A program made the translations under genes and the position numbers. A stretch of 63,857 nt of DNA, the filler included, from Octopus bimaculoides (taxonomy: Eukaryota): assembly GCF_001194135.2 (NCBI RefSeq). It is 5 parts of 5 records of this genome, joined end to end, with 100 filler letters (N's around TTAATTAATTAA, not from the genome) between each part and the next. Parts side by side here need not be neighbours in the genome. Positions count along the whole stretch, not along the records: positions 22,267 to 46,441 come from NC_068997.1; positions 46,542 to 50,538 come from NC_068993.1; positions 50,639 to 61,424 come from NC_068982.1; 2 more parts are not named here. The stretch is one strand, 5' to 3'. Below are positions 40,683-52,466 of the stretch, piece after piece. Position 1 is the first letter of the stretch. Each line of letters begins with the position of its first letter. Below the pieces are notes generated by a model. That model saw only the letters and a list, made by a program, of their open reading frames with translations, made no database searches and had not been told where the DNA came from.

Positions 40683-42074
40683 AAGAGAGTGTATGCGTCT
40701 GCATATGTATATGTATGCATGAATATATATATATATATGCAAGTGTGTGTATGTGTGTGTGTGTGTGTATCATAACAGACAGAGATAGATTGATAGATAG
40801 ACAGACAGACATGTAAGTATGTTAGTTATGACGATGGTAATGATGATGATAATTATCATGTTAATGAAAGAGAACAAACAATTAGAAAATGACATAGACC
40901 AGAAAATTACTAAAGTATTTTAGATGAGAGAGGGTTAGAGAGACAGCATTAAATAGAAGTACAGAACTTAAGTCACCAAGTACAAAAAACTGCCCTTCAG
41001 GTGTGAGATATAGGGCGGCGTATATTTATATTCATGCATACATATATCATTTATTTACCGACGCACATGCATAAACATAAACGAACACAGAAGCACATAT
41101 ACATACATATATGTACACTTATGTACATACGTATATTCATACATATATAATACACTCTCACGCATACACTTATATCGTTGACGTCATAAAATTTTTTTGA
41201 ATTTTCGAGAGAACGTGAAATAATTATTCTTTGGCCTCATAGTTCCGGAAGCACATCACATACTGCTACAAATTATAGGATGTAAAAGTTGGCATGAGCT
41301 GGAAAACCGTTTTGGATTTTAAAAAGTGAAGATTTGTATGTATTATAGGAATAATTCAAACAACCGGTGTGGTTATGTGGTAAGAACCCTGCTTTCCAAC
41401 CACATGGTCCCGGGTTCAGTCCCACCGTGTGACAACTTCAGCAACTGTTTTCTACTATAACCTTTTGAGTAGATTTGGTCTTCTATAGCCTTTTGGGTGG
41501 AAAAGAAAACAAGGACAGGATGATCACGGCTGGAGCACTTTTGATTGCAGATCTATTGCAGACAGGGCTAACTGGAGGACTTAGCATGATTGCAGTCACG
41601 CACAAAATGACAGCTTCCAAATCCTGTTTTCTAACTGGGTAAAAATTATCAAACTTTAAACCACTGTAACTTTGTTTTTTTTGTTTTGTTTTGTTTTTTC
41701 TGGAACAAGCGAATTACAACCTGAGTTTCAACGTGGAAAATTACATCAATACATTAAATTTGAAAATTTTCACTTAATTTTTAAAATTTCAAAAACTGAA
41801 ACCAAGCAGAAAGATCCTTGGTTTCAAATTTTCGTACAAGGCCGGTAATCTTGATTAAGAATACAAGTCGATTACATCGACCAGTTCAAAACTGTTTTCA
41901 ACTGGCACTTATTATATCGACCCCAAAAGGCTGAAAAGCAAAGATGACCTCGGCGAAATTTGAACTCAGAACGTGAAGATGGATGAAATGTCGCCAAGCA
42001 TGTTACTCGATATCTGTAGATATGTATGTAGATATTAAATAAATGGAGGAGCGTGACAAACACAAAGACTCACA

Positions 42075-42108
<34 letters not shown>

Positions 42109-42349
42109 CTTCTATATATATAGCAGGCTTCTTTCAGTTTCCGTCGACCAAATCTATTCACGATGACTTGGTCGGCCGGAGGCTTTATTAGACGACACTT
42201 GCTTCAGATTCCACACAGTGGGACTGAACCTGGTTTTGGAAGAGAACTTTTAGCATTTTTATATATGTGCGTGTTTGAGTGACCATGAATATATGAATGT
42301 TTATATATATGTGAGCGTGTGCCTATATATATACATACACATAAACAAT

Positions 42350-42389
<40 letters not shown>

Positions 42390-42657
42390 NNNNNNNNNNN
42401 NNNNNNNNNNNNNNNNNNNNNNNNNNNNNNNNNNNNNNNNNNNNNNNNNNNNNNNNNNNNNNNNNNNNNNNNNNNNNNNNNNNNNNNNNNNNNNNGATAG
42501 AGAGACAGACAGAGACTCACACACACTCACACACACACGTGTGTGAGTGTATTTGTTTATACACGCATATTTCCAAATTTGTGAACTCAGATATCCATCC
42601 ATACGTATATTTATCTCTTCACCCTACGTTATCTATTCACGTATCTACGCATTCATG

Positions 42658-42691
<34 letters not shown>

Positions 42692-43733
42692 GCACACATT
42701 TACACAGTCATTTAGCCACTACAAGTCCACTACCACTCTTTGTCGCTATCAACCTTTTCACAACAAGACCAGACTGCTCATTGGGTATTTTGCTAAGTAA
42801 CTTGTTTGTGTTTCACGAGAGTTAACATATAGCAAGCGATAAGATCAGGACGGAAAATAAATAAATAAAATGAGAGAAAAAAAACACGAAAAGGATTGTA
42901 AAAAAAACTACAACAGCAACAACAACAACAACGGAAAGAAAGACTCCAACTGTGTAAGTTAAAGATATCATACAGACTACCTCTGAGCTTAAATAATGAA
43001 ATAAGGTAGGCTGCAAAGCAGAACCTTGCGGCACTCTGCTGTGATCGTCGACCCGTGACGGAGGCTTCCCTACCATTTAGAAGCGTTTTAAAGTCGGCGG
43101 AAAGATCAAACTATTTCTGACCGTCACTTTTGTTCGCTCTAAATATACATCACATTTACTCCTCCCAGTCATTTCATTCAACAACCACACCGCCACAACA
43201 TCACCCGCCACCTCTTTCTGACTCGCCTCGGCTCCCTTCATACCCGAACATTCATCGCGCGTCTTCATTCGTTTCCTTTTCTTTTCTTTGTTTTATTTTT
43301 ACATTAACCCCCCCNNNNNNNNNNCCCCCCGTTCCTATCCCCGAACTTCCCACCTCCTGTTTTACTCTTTCCCTGGCCTCGAATCCTTATCTACGTCCGA
43401 TCCTTCCTAGCCCTTTCTTTCTCTTTCTCGAACCATCACATACATATTCATGTTCTCACACTCTCGTATTCAACTTACTCACTATCTCTTCCTGTTGCCT
43501 CTAACCCACCCCATCTTTCTCTCCTACTCTCTATCTTTCTCTCCTTCTCACACAATCACTCACTCACCCTCCTTGAGGGAAGCACTCCTCTGAGTACATC
43601 TCTTCTCCATCTCAGGGAAAACTACTGAAGCGAACCCGTTAAACCACCTTGAAATCCAAATTGGTAGCGCTTTCCTTCATGCTAATTTCTTCTACTACCG
43701 TTCATATCTTTTGGCGTGTTCAATATTGTGTAC

Positions 43734-43764
<31 letters not shown>

Positions 43765-45212
43765 TGTATGTATGTATTATGCATGCGTCTATGTATGTTT
43801 ATATGTACGTATGTGTATGTATGAATGTGAGTATGTAAGTAGGTACGTATGTATGTATGTGTGTAGCTGTGCATGTGTGTGTATACACACACACACACAC
43901 ACACAGATAGGTTTATATAATATATATATATATACAAGAATAAGGGCAGGGAATCATAAATTAATAATAGAATTAACAATTAACAATTTTGCCAAGTAGT
44001 TCAGTATGAAAAAACCTTTATCGGTAAAACCATTTATCATCATAAATATACAGGGATTAGCATTGAGTTGCTTCTCCAACATANNNNNNNNNNNNNNNNN
44101 NNNNNNNNNNNNNNNNNNNNNNNNNNNNNNNNNNNNNNNNNNNNNNNNNNNNNNNNNNNNNNNNNNNNNNNNNNNNNNNNNNNNNNNNNNNNNNNNNNNN
44201 NNNNNNNNNNNNNNNNNNNNNNNNNNNNNNNNNNNNNNNNNNNNNNNNNNNNNNNNNNNNNNNNNNNNNNNNNNNNNNNNNNNNNNNNNNNNNNNNNNNN
44301 NNNNNNNNNNNNNNNNNNNNNNNNNNNNNNNNNNNNNNNNNNNNNNNNNNNNNNNNNNNNNNNNNNNNNNNNNNNNNNNNNNNNNNNNNNNNNNNNNNNN
44401 NNNNNNNNNNNNNNNNNNNNNNNNNNNNNNNNNNNNNNNNNNNNNNNNNNNNNNNNNNNNNNNNNNNNNNNNNNNNNNNNNNNNNNNNNNNNNNNNNNNN
44501 NNNNNNNNNNNNNNNNNNNNNNNNNNNNNNNNNNNNNNNNNNNNNNNNNNNNNNNNNNNNNNNNNNNNNNNNNNNNNNNNNNNNNNNNNNNNNNNNNNNN
44601 NNNNNNNNNNNNNNNNNNNNNNNNNNNNNNNNNNNNNNNNNNNNNNNNNNNNNNNNNNNNGTATATAAAAAAAAAATTAAGGGGGGAAAGGTTCCGGTTA
44701 CATATTCTCCATTCCCCCCTCCCACACACACAGACATATATATGTATATACGTATGTGTGTACGTGCGTACGTCTGTGTGTATTTGTGTGTGTGCGTGCG
44801 TGCGTGCGTGCGTGTGTGTGTGTGTGTGTCTGTGTGTCCCAGTGTGTGCGTGTGTGTGTACATATGCCTCTATTTTATACAAATCACCGCTTCTCAACTT
44901 ACAAGACCTCTCATATACCTTCAAATCGCCAGTCCATGCTTCCATGCACCCACTTACGTTGTAGTCTATATATTCCTCTCCACCCCTATAAAGCTAGTTA
45001 ACTACCCACTCATCTACTGTTCATTGCTTGCCTTTTACGTACAATGTTTGCTACCTGCTTTCCTGTGGCGATTACGGGTGACTGACCAGAGGTCAATATA
45101 TGTAAATTTACATTGATAGAGAAGTCTGTTGATCGGGATCGAATCATATCAGATCTAAGCCGGAAAGCAAGGTGAGAGAAAAGAAAGAAAAAATGAATGA
45201 TAAATAGGAACA

Positions 45213-45260
<48 letters not shown>

Positions 45261-45589
45261 AGCAAAGCAAGAGTAACATCAAATTTTAGGAGTTTAGAAC
45301 TCGACATCCTGTTCATTGGCCCATATTACACCTTCCTATGTATACTTTATGTATGTGTGTGGGTTTATACAAAAGCATGTGTGCTTGTATGTATACATAT
45401 ATGTGAGTAAACATAAGCGCGTGCGTAAGCATAAGCACGCGCGCAAGCGCACGCACAGAAAAACACAGAAACACACGCACGCACACACATACACACATGC
45501 ATATTAAATGCAAATATATGTATACATATGTACTAAAATTGTAAATATTTAATCGATACAGCTACTTCACCCCTTTTATGTTTGTCTTG

Positions 45590-45643
45590 TGAGTGGATTT
45601 GGTAGACAGAAACTGAAACAAGCCCTTCGTATATATGTATATG

Positions 45644-45674
<31 letters not shown>

Positions 45675-46050
45675 TTAACCCCCCCACCCCCACCCAACAA
45701 CACTTGTCAACTGATGCTGGTGTGTTTACGTCCCCGTAACTTAGCGGTTCCGTAAAAGAGACCGATAGAATAAGTACTAGGCTTCCAAAGAATAAGTCCT
45801 GGTGTCGATTTGCTCGACTAAAGGCGGTGCTCAAGCTTGGCCGCAGTCAAATGACGAAAACAAGTAAAAGAGTAAAGAGAGTAAAGAGTAATATGGTGAG
45901 CTTGCAGAATCGTCAGCATCACGAACGAAAAGTTTCTGAGTTCAAATCCAGCCAAGGTCAGCGTTGCTTTACATCCCTACGGGGTCCGTAAAATAAGTAT
46001 CAGACAAGTATTGGGGTCGATGTAATCGACCTGTCACCTCTCCTTAAAAT
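45590..46050 (+). mobile_element. SINE body/tail followed by an RTE-tail SINE copy
   Basis: GTGGATTTGGTAGACAGAAACTGAAA ... GGCCGCAGTCAAATGACGAAAACAAGTAAAAG, then GAGTTCAAATCCAGCCAAGGTCAGCGTTGCTTTACATCC ... GGGGTCGATGTAATCGAC. Confidence 0.7.
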
Positions 46051-46373
46051 TGCTGGCCATTAAGGAACGCTGAAGCAGACCAGTGTCCAGTTCAGGGAAA
46101 ATATTGTGAGCTCGGTCACTTATGCGCCACGGAAACCTGGGAACCAATCCTATAAGACCTAGAGTTCAAGAAGGACTAAAAACAGATAATGTGTCCCAAA
46201 ATACTGATCATATGCGTCAGTTGCAAACCTGTGTGACTTAATAATATGCACTATGCTTTCGTTCGTTGTTTTGGGTGTTTGTTGGATCTCCAACCTACAT
46301 GGACACTCTATCAGCCCTTCTGCGCTTGACCCAAAGGAACATCGAGTATGTAACAAATGGAGAGAGAGAGAGA

Positions 46374-46412
<39 letters not shown>

Positions 46413-46539
46413 GGAGAGAGAGAGAGAGAGGGAGAGAGAGANNNNNNNNNNNNNNNNNNNNNNNNNNNNNNNNNNNNNNNNNNNNTTAATTAATTAANNN
46501 NNNNNNNNNNNNNNNNNNNNNNNNNNNNNNNNNNNNNNN

Positions 46540-48560
46540 NNTTAATCTCTGCGATATTATTGCAGTAAAGGCTTTATAGATCGTAGGGAGACAGGTTATA
46601 GGTCTATGGTTTTGTGGTTTCTCCGTTTCCGTGGATTTGGGAATTAAGATGGTTTTCCCTTTCGTGAGCCATTCAGGCATTGTCTCTGGCTCTGCTAGTA
46701 TGTTGTTAAAGTTTTCTGCCAGCTTTTTATGCACTCCTGTCAGGTGTTTTAACCAGAAGTTGGGGATCTTGTCGTGTCCAGGTGCCTTCCAGTTGCTTAG
46801 TCTTTGCAGTGTCTGGGTGACCTCTTCAGTTGTTATAGGGGCCCAGAGTTGCTCAGGTGCTAAGTTCGTTGTTTTAATGGTCCTTTTCTGGGGTTGTTGC
46901 TTCACCAACCATATTTGCTTCTAGAATTCCTCCAGTTCTTCTGCTGTTGGTGCTGCAGTAACGTCTATTTTATTTTTATCCAGTTCTTGGTAGAGTTTTT
47001 TGGGGTTGGATTTGAACTGTTTGCTTTGTTCAAAGAAACGTTGGCGTTTCTCATACCGGCGGATCCTTTGTGCTTTGGCAAGGATATCTTGCTTTAGTTT
47101 TTGTTTTGCCTCAGGTAAGTCTTTTTCTGTAATGCTGTATTTGTACAGTATTTTTGTTTTCTTGTTACTCAGTTGTGTTGATTGTCTACTAATTTCGTTG
47201 AGAATCGATATATCTTTTCTCTTTTTTTAAAAAATTTTGTTCTGAATATTATTTATCCACAAGGTCTGTTTGGGTGGTAGAACTCCTGTTTGGATGGGTT
47301 TGAGTGAGTATTCTGCTTCTTTTGTGGCTGCCGCATATATTATGTCATTTAGCTCAGTGATATCGCCAGTTGTTTCTGTGGTTGTTAGTTCCGTGACGGC
47401 TAGGTTTATGCTATTTATTATTGATGTTGTTTTATTGTCTGTTTTGATTTTGGGAGATATAATCTGTGGTCCATTCTAAGATTTGTGGTTTTCAGTTCTT
47501 TGGTTATTCTCATTTTCATAGTATCGTAATTATTAGTTTTCCCTTCGTTATTGTCAGGCTTTAGATTTGTTTTGCCTTCCTTTTCATTCATATGTTTGTC
47601 TGTGGTGTTCTGGATTGGTGCTTTTTGTACACTATTATACATCTCTATGGTCTGGGTCTGTTGTTTTTTGTTTACTTCGTTTTTGCCGGAAATGTTATGT
47701 TTGTCCTCGTGTTTTACTATCTCAGTGTTTATGTTATTATTTGGTACTGCTGTGTGACTACTATCTAGATTTTCCTGATGTATTTTTCCTTTCAATTGTT
47801 CTATTTCTATTTCTGATATTTTTTTGCTTTTAGAATATATCTTCTTATGTTAGCTAGTTTGTTAGGGTTCATTGTTTTATCGAGGTCTCTATTTACATTA
47901 TTTTTCTTCCATATTTTATATGTATGTGTTGTTGCGTTTTCGTTTTTTGGATAGAGCACTGCTGTAAAATGGCGTGTAGGATCGAAATGTATTCCTCACG
48001 TGTCCATTTATGCCGTTTTGGTTTTGTTTGCGGGACATGAGGAACANNNNNNNNNNNNNNNNNNNNNNNNNNNNNNNNNNNNNNNNNNNNNNNNNNNNNN
48101 NNNNNNNNNNNNNNNNNNNNNNNNNNNNNNNNNNNNNNNNNNNNNNNNNNNNNNNNNNNNNNNNNNNNNNNNNNNNNNNNNTAACAAGCTTACAGTACGC
48201 ATTTCTCGGTTGTTATTCTTGGGTGGAATAATACCGGTGTTATTTAATCTGTTTGTATTTTTTTTGTACATGGTGTTTTTGGGTTCGGAGATGGTCTGAT
48301 TTTGATGTAACACGTGTGTTTACGATCGTTGTGCGAGTAGTGGAGGTATCAAGTTAAAATACATCATTATATTTGGAAAAATAGAAATAAATTTCAATGA
48401 GCATTACTTACTCGGATATAGTCCAGCCCTTTGTCAGCTATTTTTTGGCTCCATGCGATGTCTTTATTTCCGATGTTTTTGGATAAATTTCGGAGCAGTG
48501 ATTTATCGTTCTCACATGTTAAACATCCCCGGTGTAGTCTCCGTTAAAAATCCCCGGTGT
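46540..48560 (-). mobile_element. R4/Dong LINE, 5' half (cut by assembly gaps)
   Basis: ORF 46486-46908: ITTEEVTQTLQRLSNWKAPGHDKIPNFWLK...PEWLTKGKTILIPK...PQNHRPITCLPTIYKAFTAIISQRL (RT domains 0-2 of the R4 clade). Upstream NKLANIRRYILKAKKISEIEIEQLK. The 5' boundary is approximate. Confidence 0.85.
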
Positions 48561-48565
48561 AGTCC

Positions 48566-48654
<89 letters not shown>

Positions 48655-49690
48655 TATTGAAAAACTGGAAGTCGTTATATGACTTCTTGAAAGACAGAAG
48701 CAGAACTGTAGGAGCCAATGGAGCCCTCTCCCTGGAGGCATTAATATCGAGGGTAGTAGCTGTCTTAGGCCACTGCTGTTTGTGGTGGCTCTCTCGGGCA
48801 TGCCATCAATATTACATAGTTAATAGCTATACCAAAGATACAAAAGTAGTACAATCCGTCAAGGATCTCTTGAAGCTAATCTTCAACAGAAAGATCTAGA
48901 TGCCACATATAACTGGAAGAAAAGAACTTGCAATTTAATGCAGGAAAATTCCAAGCCCTCAGCTAATCAGCCAACTTGTGCTACCATGCTGCAAAAAAGA
49001 TACAAAGGGCAATCACACAGTGCGTAATCTGGGAACTGATATGAGCAACGATGCTTCCTTTTATGTACATATCCCCAAGAAGGTAACAGTGCGGAGGCAA
49101 ATGACTCGATGGATTCTGAGAATTTTTAGAACAAGGGGCTAGGAACTATGCTTGTCATGTGAAGAACATTTGTCCTCGGCCTACTACTCTCAACTATGTC
49201 CTACTGCTCTCAGCTATGGTCACCCCACAGTGTCAATTTAATAGTTGAAGTCGAAGGAATTCAGCTGTACTACATCAAGAAGATTGCACCAATGAAATAA
49301 TTGAGCTACTGGGAGAAACTGAAGGAATTACGAATTGACATCTTGCGGTGCAGACGGTGATACATGCAATAATACACATATAGAAGAACCTAGAGAAGCT
49401 GGCACCAAACTTTGGCACCGGGAATTATACCAACCCCCGAACAGGACGCCACTGCACTGTTCAAAATGTCCTGCTCATTCTGATAGAGTAAGGACCAGGT
49501 ATGGCAATAGCTTGCGATTCAAAGACCCATTGCCAAAAAACGTGTGAGTTCTACATGCTGTGGGGATGGATGTTTCAAGAAACACCGTGACCTTCTGCTG
49601 TCCAAGGTCCCAGATGACCCTACATCACGGCAAGAAACTCAAATGAGGGCAACAATATGAAACTCCCTCATTCACTAAAAGTCAACAATA
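48655..49690 (+). mobile_element. CR1/L2-group LINE 3' fragment, degenerate
   Basis: YDFLKDRSRTVGANG, PLLFVVALSGMPS and VNSYTKDTKV (a YADDTK variant). Several frameshifts. Confidence 0.7.
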
Positions 49691-50183
49691 TAGCATGGTC
49701 CATTCTTTGGGCCGAAACGCATAAAAGACTAAGAGAACACATACATCTAATATATAAAATAAAGATGTGTGTTTATTCGCTTTTCATGTGAAAATGGCTT
49801 CACCAATTACTTCCATGCTCGTGATGCATGAATAATTTAACCTCGGACATATAATGGGGTCTTCATTTGATTTTTTAAAAATAAAATATATTGCTTTATA
49901 TTTATGATTCACTTCTTTAAAAAGGTTTCTCAATGTTAACTTCCGGTATTGACGTAATAATGGTGAGGTCTCTTACTCTCTATTTTAATGCTCGCTATTT
50001 GTAAACAACTACGATAAATTATTGAAAGAAATATTTACGAAGTTCACAAATTTAAATATTTGGTACAAGATAGTTTTTAACGTGCTTTTATTTATACAAC
50101 TTTTTCATTCCATGTTTATCTCATTTATTGTTTGCAATGTTCTCTCTCTCTCTTTCTCTCTCTCACACACACAAACACACACA

Positions 50184-50273
<90 letters not shown>

Positions 50274-50646
50274 GTTTGATGTTGTTCCGAACTCGCACAT
50301 TTCGTTACTCTCCGTAAAAAGTACCATTTAATGAGAATGGTGATATCAGTTTCGTTCATATCACTATCATGGTGAATTCCCCAGCTGAACGATATTTCCA
50401 GACTTAAATAATAATTATAATTCACATAAATGGTTGTGTGAAAGGGCAATTCTTGCTCCCAAAATGAGACAGTAGCAAGGATTAACCAAGAATTAATGAA
50501 TAAGGTTCCAATATTAATTAAGAACATTCATTAATCAGNNNNNNNNNNNNNNNNNNNNNNNNNNNNNNNNNNNNNNNNNNNNTTAATTAATTAANNNNNN
50601 NNNNNNNNNNNNNNNNNNNNNNNNNNNNNNNNNNNNNNTCTATCTA

Positions 50647-50690
<44 letters not shown>

Positions 50691-50692
<2 letters not shown>

Positions 50693-50772
50693 AATCACAC
50701 GTGCCATCCTTGCTATATTCACCCATTCAAAAAAAGATGGGTGAATGTAGCAAGGATGACACGTGTGATTGA
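50691..50772. repeat. 82-nt near-perfect hairpin
   Basis: 36-bp arms with two differences around a 10-nt loop TCAAAAAAAG. Confidence 0.9.
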
Positions 50773-51115
50773 CGAAGCCACCTTGAGCATAATCCTTTGA
50801 ACCAAAAAAAAAAAAGGAAAAAAGAGAGTAATGCGCTTTTTTGCCATGACATCATTGCCCGAGGTTACCGTGGTCTTTTCCGTAGGCTTTTCTTTCCACA
50901 GATAAACCTAATCTATTTTCCCTTTTTCACTATGACATTTCTGTGATACACGATCCCTATTGATCGGCTTCTTTTTTTTTAACGATCTCTTTTGATTGAA
51001 TTTCTACCCCAATCTTTCCATTTTCTTTTTCTTTTCCTTCTCTTCCCAAAAAGAAAAGCTCTACTTTGTATTTTGTCCCCTCTGTGTTCAGCTCTGTGTG
51101 GCCAATAAAGAAACA

Positions 51116-51196
<81 letters not shown>

Positions 51197-51244
51197 GTTT
51201 GTTTGACTGTCTACCCTCACTCCCTTTCTCTCTCGATATATATA

Positions 51245-52230
51245 CGAGATGATGCCAGAAAGAAGCCGAAATTTTGCAATGTTATTTTATTCACTTTGTT
51301 TTTTATGTTTACACTTTTATTGCCTTCAACGTATTCTCCATTTGAAGCAGTGCATCAGTCCAGACGCGTTTTCCACACTTCGAAGCAGTGCTGGAATTTT
51401 GCGAAGTGATGCCTTTTAACGTCTGCGCCGTTTTTTTCTTTACCTCTTCCACATCTGCAAATTCTGTGACACCTGCTTTCATTACCAACGAAGACCTCCG
51501 AAAAAAGGTCCAACTTCCAACTGTTCTTTCAGTTCACCACACGCATTTAGTCGTGACTTATTTTGATCTTCCATAAGTAAGTGAGGAACAAATTTTGCTG
51601 CAACTGTTTTCATTCGTAATTCCTCGCTCAAAATTCGTTGGCAGGAGCTCCAGGCACACCAATCGTATCAAGTTCGTCAATTGTTCAGTGACGGCCCTCC
51701 AAGATCAGTTCATGAATTTTCATGATGTTTTCATTAGTTCAGGAGATCGACGGTCGCGCGGAACAAGGATGGTCTTCAAGAGACAATTGACCATTCCTAA
51801 AGCGTGAAAACCACTCGTAAATTTGTGCTTTGATCATGGCAGCGTCCTTNNNNNNNNNNNNNNNNNNNNNNNNNNNNNNNNNNNNNNNNNNNNNNNNNNN
51901 NNNNNNNNNNNNNNNNNNNNNNNNNNNNNNNNNNNNNNNNNNNNNNNNNNNNNNNNNNNNNNNNNNNNNNNNNNNNNNNNNNNNNNNNNNNNNNNNNNNN
52001 NNNNNNNAAGCACGCTGTTCTTTCGTTTCAGCCATTGAAAAAAATCAACAAACAGAGCAGAAGCATTGCAAAACAAAGACGCACCACGCGGCAATACGAC
52101 CCCACTAGACGATGCCGGTCGGTAGACTGATGCCTAAGAATCACATCAAGTTGCTTTTAGCGGTGGAAGCCCGAACTACAAAGGTCTTGTCCCACAGAGA
52201 ACGTTTCCGATTACTTTTGGGTATCCCTCG
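51245..52230 (-). mobile_element. Mariner element, degenerate
   Basis: TA-flanked TIR-like ends CGAG... / ...CCCTCG. Minus strand gives AQIYEWFSRFRNGQLSLEDHPCSARPS (HTH) and EVWKTRLD*CTASNGEYVEG (mariner C-terminus). Confidence 0.8.
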
Positions 52231-52240
52231 TATATATATA

Positions 52241-52466
52241 GTGATGGTATGTTGCCAACTTAATGTGGCAGTCCCATGAAAGGGAAGAATGCTACTGCTA
52301 TTTAGCCTTAGGAAACACCGTTTCCAGTTTGCCATGACACATTTTCTGTGTCCTTATGTTTTCAAAGAGGGAGATAAGCACCTTCACCCAGCGAAGTTAG
52401 CATCCAGAGACTAGTTTCAGAGTCATTGCTCATCATCAGTCTGGAGTAGCATAGCTTTTTAGCTAA
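52241..52466 (-). mobile_element. Hammerhead-containing PLE pLTR/retrozyme-like repeat
   Basis: Homologous to 63600-63830 over ~170 bp, ends at (TA)n, and contains the hammerhead motif listed next. Confidence 0.7.
52403..52445 (-). ncRNA. Minimal type I hammerhead ribozyme motif
   Basis: TCCAGA-CTGATGA-TGAG(CAATGA)CTCT-GAAA-CTAG-TC-TCTGGA: 6-bp stem I, intact core, GUC cleavage triplet (52411-52409) and palindromic ACTAGT stem III. Stem II closes with a U-U mismatch. Confidence 0.7.

Noticed and set aside
38767-44964. Long ORFs of 220-300 aa in the ORF track
   Set aside because: They consist mostly of X from N gaps and microsatellite translations.
45085-45176. Exon-like segment ending AAG|GTGAGA
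   Set aside because: No convincing acceptor or start codon, and no recognisable protein.
49690-49725. GGTCCATTCTTTGGGCCGAAACGC as a hammerhead
   Set aside because: A stem-II/GAAA half is present, but there is no CUGANGA or stem I. A similar GGGCCGAAAC at ~26510 (minus) also lacks the core.
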